From positions 1 through 64,000 of IMG/VR virus record IMGVR_UViG_3300009506_000003: DNA of 64,000 nucleotides; one strand, written 5' to 3'. The position numbers and the translations under genes were made by a program. Below are positions 46,101-55,497 of the stretch, one piece after another. Source of the stretch: a virus. Below the pieces are notes generated by a model that was not told where the DNA came from, did not search any database, and saw only the letters and a program-made list of their open reading frames with translations. Within the stretch, counting starts at the first letter, position 1. Every line of letters starts with the position of its first letter.

Positions 46101-48390
46101 TGAAGCCTGCTGCTATAACTCGGCTCCCGTCCCGATCTCGTATTCTGTCCTTGATCGAGGTCTTCTCCACGATCCGGAAGTCCGTATCGAAGCTGGTTGG
46201 GTTGCTGCCCAACACGTAGGCGACGAGCGGATTCTCCTGGTTCGTCAAGTCAACCTTGACCCGAGTGACGGGTATAGGGATGGCAGCCCCTGCTCCGGTG
46301 TAGTACTCCTCCCCGAGAATCTCCAAGATCTCGAGAAGACCCTGGCTTCCTCCTCCACTAGGAAGGATTTGGATGAACCGTCCTACATCTTCGTCCGTGG
46401 GCACCCACGGTGCGAACAGAGTGTAGATCGTGTAGACCAGTCCGGTACCGCCAACAAATGAAGCGGCGATCTTCAGCTCGGTCTCAGACACGACGTCGAG
46501 GATCTCATAGAGGCCTTCATCCCCTGCCGCGGGATTGATCAGTAAGGTCATTCCAGGATGCACGCCATCCGTCTCGAACGTGGCGTCCAAGTCGGTGAAC
46601 GTCCCAGTGCCGGCAGAGGTCACTCCATCATTCTGGTCTCCTGACAAAGCCAGAAGATCACCCTCTATTTTCTTGACCAGGATGTGGTCTGTGACGGCTC
46701 CACCAAACCTGTCAACACCAGGCCGGCAGGCTTCGAGCGTCACAGCTTCAGTGACCTGAACGAACTCGTCCTCTCGTTCCCCAAAGGATTCGAGGTCTAC
46801 TCCGAAATGCAGAGGCTCAGCGTCCAACACACCTTCGAGCACCGTATCCCGCTCGATGGGAGGTCCCGCGCGGACGAAGACATCCACGGTACCGCCCAAG
46901 TGAACCTCACTTGAGTCGACTGTGATCGTGCCCGCCGAAGTGGTGGGCTGAAGGATACCTCCAGGAATGTCCGAGATCGTGATACCGGACACCGGGTTTG
47001 ACAACAAGAAGGTCTTGCTCACAAGAGAGCCGGAGATCTTTGGCTCGACCTCGATCCACTGGGTCCCCGTTCGAGTAATGATGTGCTCCGAAACAGTTCC
47101 GGTGCCCACATCAGCGTAGAGCACCTTGTCCCCAATCTTGACTCCGGTCTCCGTGAAGGTGTTCTTCACCACCCCTGCCGCCGTCATGATGGCGTCGGTC
47201 AGGGCGGCCAGATCTATCTGAACACTGTCATTAAGAGGGTCGATGATTTGGTAGTCCAGATCTGACCCCAGAGTCGAGAACGTTCCAGAGACCAACAACT
47301 GGTAGTTGGCCACCGTCGTGATCGGATAGTCACCTGCGTCCGGCCCTTCTTTGACCCGAAGGATCATGGAGGTGGTGACACCATCGTCAGAAAATCGAGC
47401 CGTGGCGTCGTCGAAGATGTTGGTAGCCGGAGTCGTTGCTCCATGGGTCGTAGCTACCGAGAGGGGAAAGTTGCCCGTGCTCCCCAGGAAGAATGCGTAG
47501 GGGGCTGGGGTCTCAGTTTCACCCTTCAGGATGTCCCGGTTCATCTCTGGGTCGCCGTACCCGATGACCTGAATGAGTCGGATGCTCTCGAACACGTCCA
47601 GCATGCGAGCGGTAATGCCGCGCAGAGTGACCAGAGACTTCTCCGTCAGACTGTTCTCGACTCGCTCGATGAACTCCTCTGTGGTCTCTTTGTCATCCCC
47701 CTCGTCAAAGGGTGCTTTGTTGGTCACCTTGACCACGGAAGACATCTCTTCGATGCCTACCAGGGTGTTCGGATCGATGTTGTAGCTATCACCCTCCTCT
47801 TCTGCTCTGACAATGATGTCGAAGTAGTAGAGGTTGTTCTCCAGGTTGAAGAGCATGTTGTCGGCCGAGATGGCTTGGTTCTCGACCGGGAAGAACCGGT
47901 GACCAGCTCCGTCAAATACGGCGTTGTTGGGTGTAACGGAGGCACCTTGAGGAGCAGAGTAGTAGAGACGAGCGACTCCCACCGCAACCCCACCTTGTCG
48001 CCGGCGCACGAAGAAGTTGGCGCCCAGAGCGTCAGCTTCTCGCTCGTTCAGGATGGAAGGATCTTGAAGAGACTGGTTGTTTGAGACTTGCTGTATCTGC
48101 CGGCGGAACGCCTCGAGCAGAATCTGCATGATCTTGACGGCGTAGTCATCGATTGGCTCCCCGTCCTGCAAGACCATCTGCGGGAACTCGACTGCGAGCC
48201 TCCCAATGATGAACTCCCGAATGGGAGTGTTGTAGGGGTCCGGGCCAAGACGAGAAAGCAACGGCTTGATGACGTTGTTGTAGAAGGAGGACCCGCTGGT
48301 GGTGTCGACGGTGTAGTCAAAGATCTGCATCCTCTCCTGGATGAAGAGGGTCAGGTCTTCAGTCTCTGTGATTCCAGTCAAACTCGACAT
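43156..48390 (-). CDS. Baseplate J / T4 gp6-like wedge protein with very large modular insertion
   Basis: N-terminal LGANFFVRR..G..AVG..RLY...VRAEEEGDSYNI...VTNKAPFDEGDDKETTEEFIERV...SLVTLRGI; HLGGTVDVFVR; 1744 aa. Confidence 0.82.
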   Translation of the reverse strand: MSSLTGITETEDLTLFIQERMQIFDYTVDTTSGSSFYNNVIKPLLSRLGPDPYNTPIREFIIGRLAVEFPQMVLQDGEPIDDYAVKIMQILLEAFRRQIQQVSNNQSLQDPSILNEREADALGANFFVRRRQGGVAVGVARLYYSAPQGASVTPNNAVFDGAGHRFFPVENQAISADNMLFNLENNLYYFDIIVRAEEEGDSYNIDPNTLVGIEEMSSVVKVTNKAPFDEGDDKETTEEFIERVENSLTEKSLVTLRGITARMLDVFESIRLIQVIGYGDPEMNRDILKGETETPAPYAFFLGSTGNFPLSVATTHGATTPATNIFDDATARFSDDGVTTSMILRVKEGPDAGDYPITTVANYQLLVSGTFSTLGSDLDYQIIDPLNDSVQIDLAALTDAIMTAAGVVKNTFTETGVKIGDKVLYADVGTGTVSEHIITRTGTQWIEVEPKISGSLVSKTFLLSNPVSGITISDIPGGILQPTTSAGTITVDSSEVHLGGTVDVFVRAGPPIERDTVLEGVLDAEPLHFGVDLESFGEREDEFVQVTEAVTLEACRPGVDRFGGAVTDHILVKKIEGDLLALSGDQNDGVTSAGTGTFTDLDATFETDGVHPGMTLLINPAAGDEGLYEILDVVSETELKIAASFVGGTGLVYTIYTLFAPWVPTDEDVGRFIQILPSGGGSQGLLEILEILGEEYYTGAGAAIPIPVTRVKVDLTNQENPLVAYVLGSNPTSFDTDFRIVEKTSIKDRIRDRDGSRVIAAGFKSGADLRVKGASVGDSVVIETGDDAGIYTIRRILDWLDTGDTLVLDRDLTKTHSPSGLGDGSGLRYRIADELDVDLVTPRVVKIPLGSIFAGDDLSTVAGLEFVSVSGSTNFLLAGVEAGDTLEILEGDDAGQFTIVAVSGTSVTLDNPPLNTATSLDFTVYRAFSGVERPMVRVKEIELLDSSSQPTGIKIPYGDNIDARALGVFSNRAEGSQQESFTGETQVGTGGYYIRLFDDNVNFLSEGVVPGFRLNIFNTDNAGRYTVTRVGTGDGLPSNHYIEVATENNGGTHFTELASAVHYSVGLPSSGVARLYFQEPTTVTVATGLQGGRLNEEESGTPKEYHFSEVDGYSIFPSAGESSSRSRDIRLARSKPGAVAGEYESIIELTDPTGPGVYELEIQPGDLLEVNEQLPFRRTTGETFESIGIYGKPAGLRTVAGSNRVSVPSNSLIDFEAMDEAFPLAGQLLYIDEGPDEGEYVIEEVIGPNTLRLNALMTGSTESIIHQELATPLRDATLTPGTSSVTLEDATDNPGTQIGNYITIFESTRGDIDGTYEIKSTPAANQVEIDMDPGTYEQVDYVGGDIIPFGTGLFSWINTVGEENVGHAFKIYKTVPKQAAVTEVATRREDIDLAGVGGIISFTQLQDLTVNFLSLGVQPGDQVEIAAGPSAGVYPIASVAANVVTIVNNSQNRFPATGSNHPYKIWGGLHGSRTMLTVGPFESDNGLLNPGDMAPFRILRPGVFRVSSTEMEDNFDGSFYYVDINVESLGSGDEFNLGRLTRLVVKSGLDVDGYTYVVDNNNLTFSPFERVSLSFDRRFLPVGNSDSPENMTEVSGRNLKVVYETSTTAKLVHDLLRSDQERPINANPLGRHFLPSYVFTQLLYRGGPSESDVGPLIENYINNLGAEGELEVSDLEAFIARRDATSIEHPITIAVITHDIDRNLVVNRTENRLGGTLEVPYNGTGRISAFFATLGEGLIVQKQS

Positions 48391-48398
48391 AGCTCACC

Positions 48399-49058
48399 TC
48401 ATAGCACCAAAGCCGATACGGCGTCTGCTCCCGCGAGACTCTGGATGAGCACCCGAGCTCGAGCCTGCATCTGCGCTTCAAAGATGTCCAGGTCCACCAA
48501 GCTGGCGCTCAAAAGGCGCTCGCTCAGAGGTAGTGCTGGAACGTTTATTTGGGCCGCCCGAATCTGCGCCGAGGTTGTATCTATTGCTCGGGTGATGGAC
48601 GCCACGACCGGCTGCATGTCCCTGCTCGTGGAGATTTGACCTACGATGTTTTGCAGCCCTCCACCGCGCTGGGGGTTGAAGATGTCGCTCTGGGGAGACT
48701 GAAGGATCCATTTCATGAAGAGCTGAACCAGCTTCAGGACTCCATCGACCTTCCTCGTCTTGTCTCCCAGGGAGAACTCTACCTTGGAAGACTCGATGGT
48801 GCGCGTGAACCGGCTGCTCAGCACCTCTATCGTAGACATGCGACTGGTGCCTTCGGGGAGCTGAGCCCAGATCGTGCTCTTGTTGACGATCATGAACTCA
48901 GGGGAGGGCACCTGGTTGATGAGAACCGTCTCAGCAGTAGAGAGGTCTTCACCCTTCACGATGATGGTGGGCGGACTGATGCCCTCCACAAATCCAGGGA
49001 TCCCCAACACCGGCAGGATGTCACGAAAACGGATGACTTGTAGCTGATACGACATCAC
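48399..49058 (-). CDS. gp25-like baseplate wedge subunit with N-terminal Ig-like domain
   Basis: KVDGVLKLVQLFMKWILQSPQSDIFNPQRGGGL...ERLLS; directly upstream of the baseplate J-like gene. Confidence 0.72.
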   Translation of the reverse strand: MMSYQLQVIRFRDILPVLGIPGFVEGISPPTIIVKGEDLSTAETVLINQVPSPEFMIVNKSTIWAQLPEGTSRMSTIEVLSSRFTRTIESSKVEFSLGDKTRKVDGVLKLVQLFMKWILQSPQSDIFNPQRGGGLQNIVGQISTSRDMQPVVASITRAIDTTSAQIRAAQINVPALPLSERLLSASLVDLDIFEAQMQARARVLIQSLAGADAVSALVL

Positions 49059-49498
49059 TTCTCCTCCGGTGCGGCAATGTCAGCTTTGTCAACGTATTCG
49101 TCCATCTCCGCTACCTCAAGAGGTTTCAGCGCCTTTATCTCCTCTATGACACCGTCCAGGGTGTTCACGATGGCCAGTACTCGGTCCAGCTTCGTAGGCC
49201 GCTGAGTGTCCACCCCACTAGGGAGCGTAGCCCTTTTGATAGGCTCTTTGCCCGCCTCCTCGTCCTGCTCTGGGTTGTAGGAGTACGGGTCAAACTTGGC
49301 CTTGTTGGACCGCTCGCTTTCCCCGTTGCGTTCAATCTGGTCCCCCATCAACTGCTCGAGCGTGACGGTGGCCATGGCGGCGTTGGCTTCCGCGCTCCGG
49401 ATGAACGAGAAAGCGTCTGCCACGGCGGCCCGCAATCGCTTCCCTGGAGTCGGCTCCAGGTTCTCGTCAGCGGTTATTTGGAGGTCGTCTTCACTCAT
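49055..49498 (-). CDS. Hypothetical protein
   Basis: 147 aa, coupled to its neighbours. Confidence 0.6.
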   Translation of the reverse strand: MSEDDLQITADENLEPTPGKRLRAAVADAFSFIRSAEANAAMATVTLEQLMGDQIERNGESERSNKAKFDPYSYNPEQDEEAGKEPIKRATLPSGVDTQRPTKLDRVLAIVNTLDGVIEEIKALKPLEVAEMDEYVDKADIAAPEEK

Positions 49499-52491
49499 TC
49501 AAAGGGCATCTCCGGTTCGTCATCAATGTCACTGTAATCGAAATCGGCATCGGTTGTCGTTATCCGATCAGTGGCAATGTCTCTTTGGTCCAGAATGGCC
49601 GCACGAGTACGTGAGGGACGCGGCAAGTCGTTGACCACGTTTCTCGATGCAGACATGACCGCTCCACCGTAAGAGGCAGTCTCTTCGTTGGTGGCGAAGA
49701 ACTCGACCACCTTTCCCTGCTGCAGGAGCTCCATCGCCCTGTCGTACTTTCGCTCCCGTAGAGCGTCCAAAAAGCTGTCTACTGCAACGACGTCGGGCGC
49801 CTCATACCCAGACAGGATGCTCGCCAGGTCATCGGCGGCGTTGGGTATCTGGTATTCGTACTCGTTGGTCCTGCTGTAGTTGGTGGTCAAGATCGACAGC
49901 AGGTCTCCAACCATTCTTCGTGCTTGGTTCCGAGACGCAAGGAAGTTCCTGCCCGGTAGCACAGCCAGCGTCACTGCGTTGCTGATGGCATCGATACCCT
50001 CGTCGAACTTGTTCTTGCGAAGCAGGTTCGGGGAGGACACAAACGTCTTGAGTCGCGCATTCAGCGCTTCGTACGACTTGGCCGCCGCACTCTTGATCTC
50101 AAATCCAGCATGCTCGACGTTGGAGGGGACACCAGTCTCTAAGATCAACCTGGTGGAATCCTGTACCTCTTCGATGACGTACTCAGTGGGGTTTCCCACC
50201 ACTCTCAGCAAGTCGGTAGGAACCACGCCTTTGAACTGCAGCTTCGACCCGAGCTTGTCTACCGCCTCAAACTGAGGAATCGAGCTGTAGACGACCCCCG
50301 AGGGAAGACCGAGCTCAGAAGGAGAAGAGGTCACTTCAAGAGAGGTTCCTGGCCCGGAGTCCGTCAAGGAGATCTTCACCTGCTCCCGGAAGATCCGAAA
50401 CGGAATGTTCTCCAGTTTGGAAGGGAAAGCCCCCTCTTCCACCTCAACTACCTCAGAGCTGATCACGGAAGTGATATGGTAGAGGCCTGCCCACGGACCT
50501 GACAGCAACTCTACCTGGTCTCCAGGCTGAACTCCGGCTTCCACGACATCCTCCCCCACCAACGCAATCCTGGAGACGGCTGTGGAGGTCTGAGCGCTGT
50601 TCCCGATCAGGAGCTCAGTGGTCACTACCTCACCCACGAGCCCAGAGATCGAACCTATCCTGCCAGCAAGCTCGGAAGCGGAGAGCGTGTCTGCGTCGTC
50701 GGTGTCGCCCTCGTAGAACCCCAGAACGATGTGAGCTGATGCTTCAACTAGGCCTGCAGAGCCCACTGGATCTGGGATGTTCAGAAACCGTCCTGTGATT
50801 TGGGCGAAAGGGTTCACCCTAGACCTGATGCGCAAGGCTATCTTCCCGTTGAACGTCGTTGGGAAGAGGTGCCAGTTCAAAGTGGCTCCGGGATTTGTTG
50901 CAGGGAACGGACCGGTCTCCGCCTCGATGTCTCCAACAATAGCGCTGGCGCTCCTGACACCCAAGCTGAGCTCGGCTGTCTTGACCGCCGGCCCCACTTG
51001 CACTCTGTGACCTGCCGCCGGGGCGTTGGTCAAAGCAGGCAGCACGTCAAACACTGCGTTTGATATGTTGCCGTATAGTGTAGGGGAGCCCCCAAACGAA
51101 GGTGTCATCCCACGAGGGTCGATAGTGGCGTAGTCGGAGCTCTCCACCGAAAGGATCTCGAACCTGTTGCCTGCGCCGTCTTTGATGTACCCGCCCACGT
51201 GGTCCGAAGTGAACCCAACAGCTAGCTGACCCCCTGCTCCCCATGTGGGGCAATAGACCTGACTCGTAGCAGGCACCCAAGACCCCGCCAGTAGGTACTG
51301 CAGCAGGTACAAGTCGGTGATGAATCTCCCCTGAAAGTCTGACGGGGCTGTCACCAAAGAGTCTGGGAAAAAGACGGGGCATCCGACATGCTTGAAGCTC
51401 AGCTCGGGCAACGTGGTCACAATGTGAGTCGCAGTAGAAGTGCCCAAAGCAGTGCCGTCGTAGGTGCTTGGATCGACACAGACGTGCAGGTACTTGTTGT
51501 CGGTCGTGATGGGAAATGATTCCGGCGCGCGGCCCGCGATGAATGACCCTATGATGCCTGCCAAATCCAAAGAGGATGGGGATCCTCCGCTGACGGAGAT
51601 GTCCAAAGACCCAGAGACGGGAAACTTCCACGGGGCCGGACCTGTCAAAACCGACGCAGGAGTACCCGTACCAACTACCCTACCATAGTGCTTCATGGTG
51701 GAGGGGATAGGACGAGTAGGCCCTCGGAACTTGAACTCCGATGGGTCCTTGAAGGTGCCCAAGAGCTTCACAGCCACCTTGTTCGCCAGGGTCTGCAAGA
51801 AGAGGTCCCTGCTACCCTCCAGGTTTTCCGTATCGGTGGAGTCGGCCACCTGGTCTGAGGCATCTTTGAGACGCTGGCTGATTGAGGCCAGTACGGAGCT
51901 CGACACTCTCGACGGGATGTCCAACGAGAGAAAGCTGGTGAGAACGTCCTTCAAAGCCGTAGTCTGAGACAGGAGTCGAGCATGGACCGCGGTCAGCGTC
52001 TGCAGGTTCTTCTGGATGACCGTCCGAGCCTCCTCTCGAGGACGGACCATGATGTTCCCTCGCTCCCTGGAGACGACGTTCTTCTTCACCTTGGCGGCGA
52101 AAATGTCCATCTGGCGGATGAACCGCTCGGTCTCTGGTCTGTCTGACACGGAGGAGGCCGCGTCCAAGGATAGGATGGTTGTGCGCGCGTTGTTGAGAGT
52201 GGTCTCGTCCCGAATCGGGGAGCCTATTTTGCCCAAGTCCTCGAGCAGGACCATGATGTCTTCGAGGATCCTCACCTCCTCGTTGGTGATCGAGTTCAGG
52301 CGATTCCGAGCCATCTTGGCCAGGTAGAACACCGAATCCGTACTGAAGAGGAACGTGGTAGAGGCGAGCTCGAGGAGCTGATTGTACTCGGTCTGGGTGT
52401 TGAGCGTGCCACCTTCGACGCCAGGATTGATGCCGGCTCGAAAGAGCTTGGAGACTTCATTGAGGAGGTCTGCGTTGGTGTACTCTGCCAT
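49495..52491 (-). CDS. Large putative tail/baseplate protein
   Basis: TGATG-coupled ATG 52491; helical ends flank a beta-rich centre carrying the GVQPGDQVELLSGPWAGLYHI module. Confidence 0.65.
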   Translation of the reverse strand: MAEYTNADLLNEVSKLFRAGINPGVEGGTLNTQTEYNQLLELASTTFLFSTDSVFYLAKMARNRLNSITNEEVRILEDIMVLLEDLGKIGSPIRDETTLNNARTTILSLDAASSVSDRPETERFIRQMDIFAAKVKKNVVSRERGNIMVRPREEARTVIQKNLQTLTAVHARLLSQTTALKDVLTSFLSLDIPSRVSSSVLASISQRLKDASDQVADSTDTENLEGSRDLFLQTLANKVAVKLLGTFKDPSEFKFRGPTRPIPSTMKHYGRVVGTGTPASVLTGPAPWKFPVSGSLDISVSGGSPSSLDLAGIIGSFIAGRAPESFPITTDNKYLHVCVDPSTYDGTALGTSTATHIVTTLPELSFKHVGCPVFFPDSLVTAPSDFQGRFITDLYLLQYLLAGSWVPATSQVYCPTWGAGGQLAVGFTSDHVGGYIKDGAGNRFEILSVESSDYATIDPRGMTPSFGGSPTLYGNISNAVFDVLPALTNAPAAGHRVQVGPAVKTAELSLGVRSASAIVGDIEAETGPFPATNPGATLNWHLFPTTFNGKIALRIRSRVNPFAQITGRFLNIPDPVGSAGLVEASAHIVLGFYEGDTDDADTLSASELAGRIGSISGLVGEVVTTELLIGNSAQTSTAVSRIALVGEDVVEAGVQPGDQVELLSGPWAGLYHITSVISSEVVEVEEGAFPSKLENIPFRIFREQVKISLTDSGPGTSLEVTSSPSELGLPSGVVYSSIPQFEAVDKLGSKLQFKGVVPTDLLRVVGNPTEYVIEEVQDSTRLILETGVPSNVEHAGFEIKSAAAKSYEALNARLKTFVSSPNLLRKNKFDEGIDAISNAVTLAVLPGRNFLASRNQARRMVGDLLSILTTNYSRTNEYEYQIPNAADDLASILSGYEAPDVVAVDSFLDALRERKYDRAMELLQQGKVVEFFATNEETASYGGAVMSASRNVVNDLPRPSRTRAAILDQRDIATDRITTTDADFDYSDIDDEPEMPFE

Positions 52492-52982
52492 CACATAGCC
52501 GCCGCGACTTGCCACTGAACCATCGGTATCGATGAGCTCAGGAACGTTTCCCTACTGATAACACGAGGTCGGAACTTCTCGCGATGCTCTTCGTTGAACC
52601 GGTAGAGAGGCAAGAACGGCGTGGCAAAGTTGGATGTCTTCCACTTCTCCGTGTTTTCTACGGTCACCTTCACGATGTCGTAGACAAAGTCTTCTCGGAA
52701 TTGGGTCGTCTCCATCTTCTTGATGTCCGAGCGCGTTAGCTTGGTGGTGAGCCTGCGGAGATAGTCAGGGTTCCAACCAAACAGATCGCAGACTTCCTCA
52801 AAGCTCACTCCGTTCTCATAGCGTAGCCCCTCCGTGAAGATGTACTGGAACGACTTCTTCCACTCGATGGACCGAGACCTGACACCCTTGTAGAGCACGT
52901 AGTCGAACACGGCCCTGCGGAGGACGGCTGCCCAGAGCATCTTGTCGCCAAATGGCAGCTCGTTCTTGTTCGCCCAAGTCAT
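52491..52982 (-). CDS. Conserved hypothetical helical protein, possibly a regulator
   Basis: LWAAVLRRAVFDY...SFEEVCDLFGWNPDYLRR. Confidence 0.55.
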   Translation of the reverse strand: MTWANKNELPFGDKMLWAAVLRRAVFDYVLYKGVRSRSIEWKKSFQYIFTEGLRYENGVSFEEVCDLFGWNPDYLRRLTTKLTRSDIKKMETTQFREDFVYDIVKVTVENTEKWKTSNFATPFLPLYRFNEEHREKFRPRVISRETFLSSSIPMVQWQVAAAM

Positions 52983-54265
52983 CAGCTCACCGTGATTACG
53001 GGAGCCGATGGTAGCACCTGAAGGTCTGCCAGCTCCGGGCTGTAGGGTGGGACCGTTCCAGTTTTCCGGGTAACGGAAAGATTGGCCACCCCTGCTGAGA
53101 GTCCAGTCACCACCAGGTTGCCGTCTTCCACCAGAATCTCAGCTACAGAGTCGTCGTCGAGCTCGAAGGTGAGCATTCCGCCCAGGATGAGCTGGCTGGC
53201 TTCCAGGAGGTTCGAAGTATAGATCGTCAGTCCCACTGTCGTCGTCCCGTCCACGGCCACAGCTATGGCGGCCGTGTCAAACACGATGGCTTCGACGTAC
53301 GGGTAGAGGACTTTCTCGATTTCGATGCCGGCCACATCAGGAACGTAGATGGCAGCCAGCAACAGGTTGTCAGGGGCGTCCATCCCCTGAATGTAGACGT
53401 CGAAGACGCCCTTCCTGGGAAGGTCGAAGTTCACGTACCCGTCCTTGTCCGTATTGACTCTACGCTCCGACGCGATGATACGGCCTCCCACCACAGAAGG
53501 CTGACCGCTATAGGGTGCGCCTCCAAGCGGGTACGGGTAGTCCGGGTATCCTTCCCTCGGGTGAAAGATGAGGGAGAGGTTCTTGATGGGGCGCTTGGAC
53601 GGATCGGTGAAGTACCCGGACAGCCTGCACATGTCGGGGTCAGGAGAGACCTCTGCCGTGGGCTGCTCCACCGCTACGAAATCGAAGGTGTTGGTTTCAG
53701 GAGGGGCCACAGGGTCCAGCACTGCTACGGTCTGCGTTGCCCCGTTCTGGATGAGATACCCCGTTGGGGGCACCAGGCGCACGATGTAGGCCTTTCCAGG
53801 ACTGGCTGCTCCCTCGAGAAGCAAGGAGGCTTCTCCTGCTGCGTCGGTGTCGAGCTCGGTGAGGTAGATGTCCGACTCGTCGAACAGGCGTACCTTGACG
53901 TTCTCCAAGGGCTGTGGGGCAGGCTGATCGTCCTTGACGGAGAAGATCACCACCACGTCGTCCAGGCCGGCATGAGCCACAAACTGGAACAGATTTGACG
54001 GCGCTGGTGGGTCATGCACCGTGATGGACTTCTGAGGCGCCGGCGGGAAGGACACTCCGCTCTTGGAGAGGAAGAGAGTGTAGGCTACCCCAGCAACGTT
54101 TCCAAAAAGGGTGAAGGCCACCTCGCCAGGTGTCACCGTCCCAGTGATGCCCTCTGTGATGTAGACGTCTGCATCATCATCGAACACCCGCACCAGGACG
54201 TTGTCCACAGGCTGTGGAGACGGCTGGTCGTCAACGACCCGGACTGTGACCGTCACATTTGCCAT
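52982..54265 (-). CDS. Virion protein with tandem carboxypeptidase-regulatory-like (Ig/prealbumin) domains
   Basis: Two repeats V.DDQP.PQP..NV.VR.FD...YLT; C-terminal Ig-like (Big_2) segment. Confidence 0.7.
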   Translation of the reverse strand: MANVTVTVRVVDDQPSPQPVDNVLVRVFDDDADVYITEGITGTVTPGEVAFTLFGNVAGVAYTLFLSKSGVSFPPAPQKSITVHDPPAPSNLFQFVAHAGLDDVVVIFSVKDDQPAPQPLENVKVRLFDESDIYLTELDTDAAGEASLLLEGAASPGKAYIVRLVPPTGYLIQNGATQTVAVLDPVAPPETNTFDFVAVEQPTAEVSPDPDMCRLSGYFTDPSKRPIKNLSLIFHPREGYPDYPYPLGGAPYSGQPSVVGGRIIASERRVNTDKDGYVNFDLPRKGVFDVYIQGMDAPDNLLLAAIYVPDVAGIEIEKVLYPYVEAIVFDTAAIAVAVDGTTTVGLTIYTSNLLEASQLILGGMLTFELDDDSVAEILVEDGNLVVTGLSAGVANLSVTRKTGTVPPYSPELADLQVLPSAPVITVS

Positions 54266-55227
54266 CAGAGCGTCCTACGCAGGGCTGCGGGGAATTGGGT
54301 CTCGACTATCTTGAACGGGTCAGGAGCGGCGCCCAGAAGGCTCAGGAGGTCAAAATCTGGCGCGTCTGGCACCACGAACTCCCGGATGAACGACGTTCCT
54401 TCGAAGATCACTTTCCACCTCGTGCCAATCACCAGCGGTGTCTCCGCATGCCCTGTCGTGTCCGTCACGATGGTGATTGGTCTCCGAGTGAGTGCTATCT
54501 GAAATCCGTCCACAGCGAAAGACTGGTCGACGCCGTAGAAGGTGATCTCCTGCTCGGGCAGGGCTACACCCCGACCGTCTATGAGGTCCACCTTGGCCAC
54601 TGACAAGTTGGCAGGGTCGACAACGGTTCCAGCATCTCCCTGAAACGGAGCGGATGGTGCGCTCTCGAGGTTGTTCGCCGTGTTGAGGTACTGGGCTACG
54701 TAGTAGTAGGTGGACTCGCCATCATCGTCGGTGAAGCTGTAAAGGCTCTGCCCTGCCACCAACTGGATGTGAGCTTCCTCTCCCACATCACGGTCTCCAG
54801 CCACCCATCCGAACTCCACCGCGGCCCCACCACCTACGATCTTCACTTGGGAGGCTAGCCCAGTATCGTTTGACGTCAGGCGGAGAGTGCCTGCATCGTC
54901 GTAGGCTACAGTGTCCCCCACCGCCGAGTTGATCTGGTCAGCCACCTGCTGGGCTGTGAGAGGAGCTCCGGGGGCTGCAGGAACGGGGGGATCCACAAAG
55001 ATGAGGTTGATCTGTGGGTCGCGGTCGATGACGAACTGGAGGGTCTTGCTGACGACGTCGTAGTTGCCTGCACTGGGGGCAACGAGCTCGGCGGCCACCG
55101 GGGTGAGCGCGGTGATTTCCTTGTAGACGCCTGCGACTCCCGTGGTCGAACGCTTGAGCTTGATGACGTTGAAAGAGGCGAGGGCGGACTCGATGTTCCC
55201 TACGTTGATTGTGAGTGTGACCGCCAT
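54265..55227 (-). CDS. Putative virion structural protein
   Basis: GGAGG RBS; TAQQVADQINSAV...LRLTS motif, also seen near the fibre N-terminus. Confidence 0.65.
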   Translation of the reverse strand: MAVTLTINVGNIESALASFNVIKLKRSTTGVAGVYKEITALTPVAAELVAPSAGNYDVVSKTLQFVIDRDPQINLIFVDPPVPAAPGAPLTAQQVADQINSAVGDTVAYDDAGTLRLTSNDTGLASQVKIVGGGAAVEFGWVAGDRDVGEEAHIQLVAGQSLYSFTDDDGESTYYYVAQYLNTANNLESAPSAPFQGDAGTVVDPANLSVAKVDLIDGRGVALPEQEITFYGVDQSFAVDGFQIALTRRPITIVTDTTGHAETPLVIGTRWKVIFEGTSFIREFVVPDAPDFDLLSLLGAAPDPFKIVETQFPAALRRTL

Positions 55228-55236
55228 ACAGACCTC

Positions 55237-55497
55237 CTACCCTATCTTCGGCTTGTTGCCACCTGAAATCGTTGGAGCTTCTGGCTCTACTGCCACCTGC
55301 TTCCCGCCACCGCCAATGGAAGGTCCTGGGGTAACGCTGCCCGATATGGTCGGACCTTCCTCTGCCACCCTCACACCGCCATCGATGACCGGGCTGAGAG
55401 TCTTTTGACCGACGATGGACGGACCTTCCCCCACTTGAACAATCAGGTCACCGAGCCGAGGGTAGATGTACCCCCGCGTTGCGAGAGCTATCGTCAT
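55237..55497 (-). CDS. Small hypothetical structural protein
   Basis: ATGA-coupled; short GP(S/T)I.G repeats. Confidence 0.6.
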   Translation of the reverse strand: MTIALATRGYIYPRLGDLIVQVGEGPSIVGQKTLSPVIDGGVRVAEEGPTISGSVTPGPSIGGGGKQVAVEPEAPTISGGNKPKIG

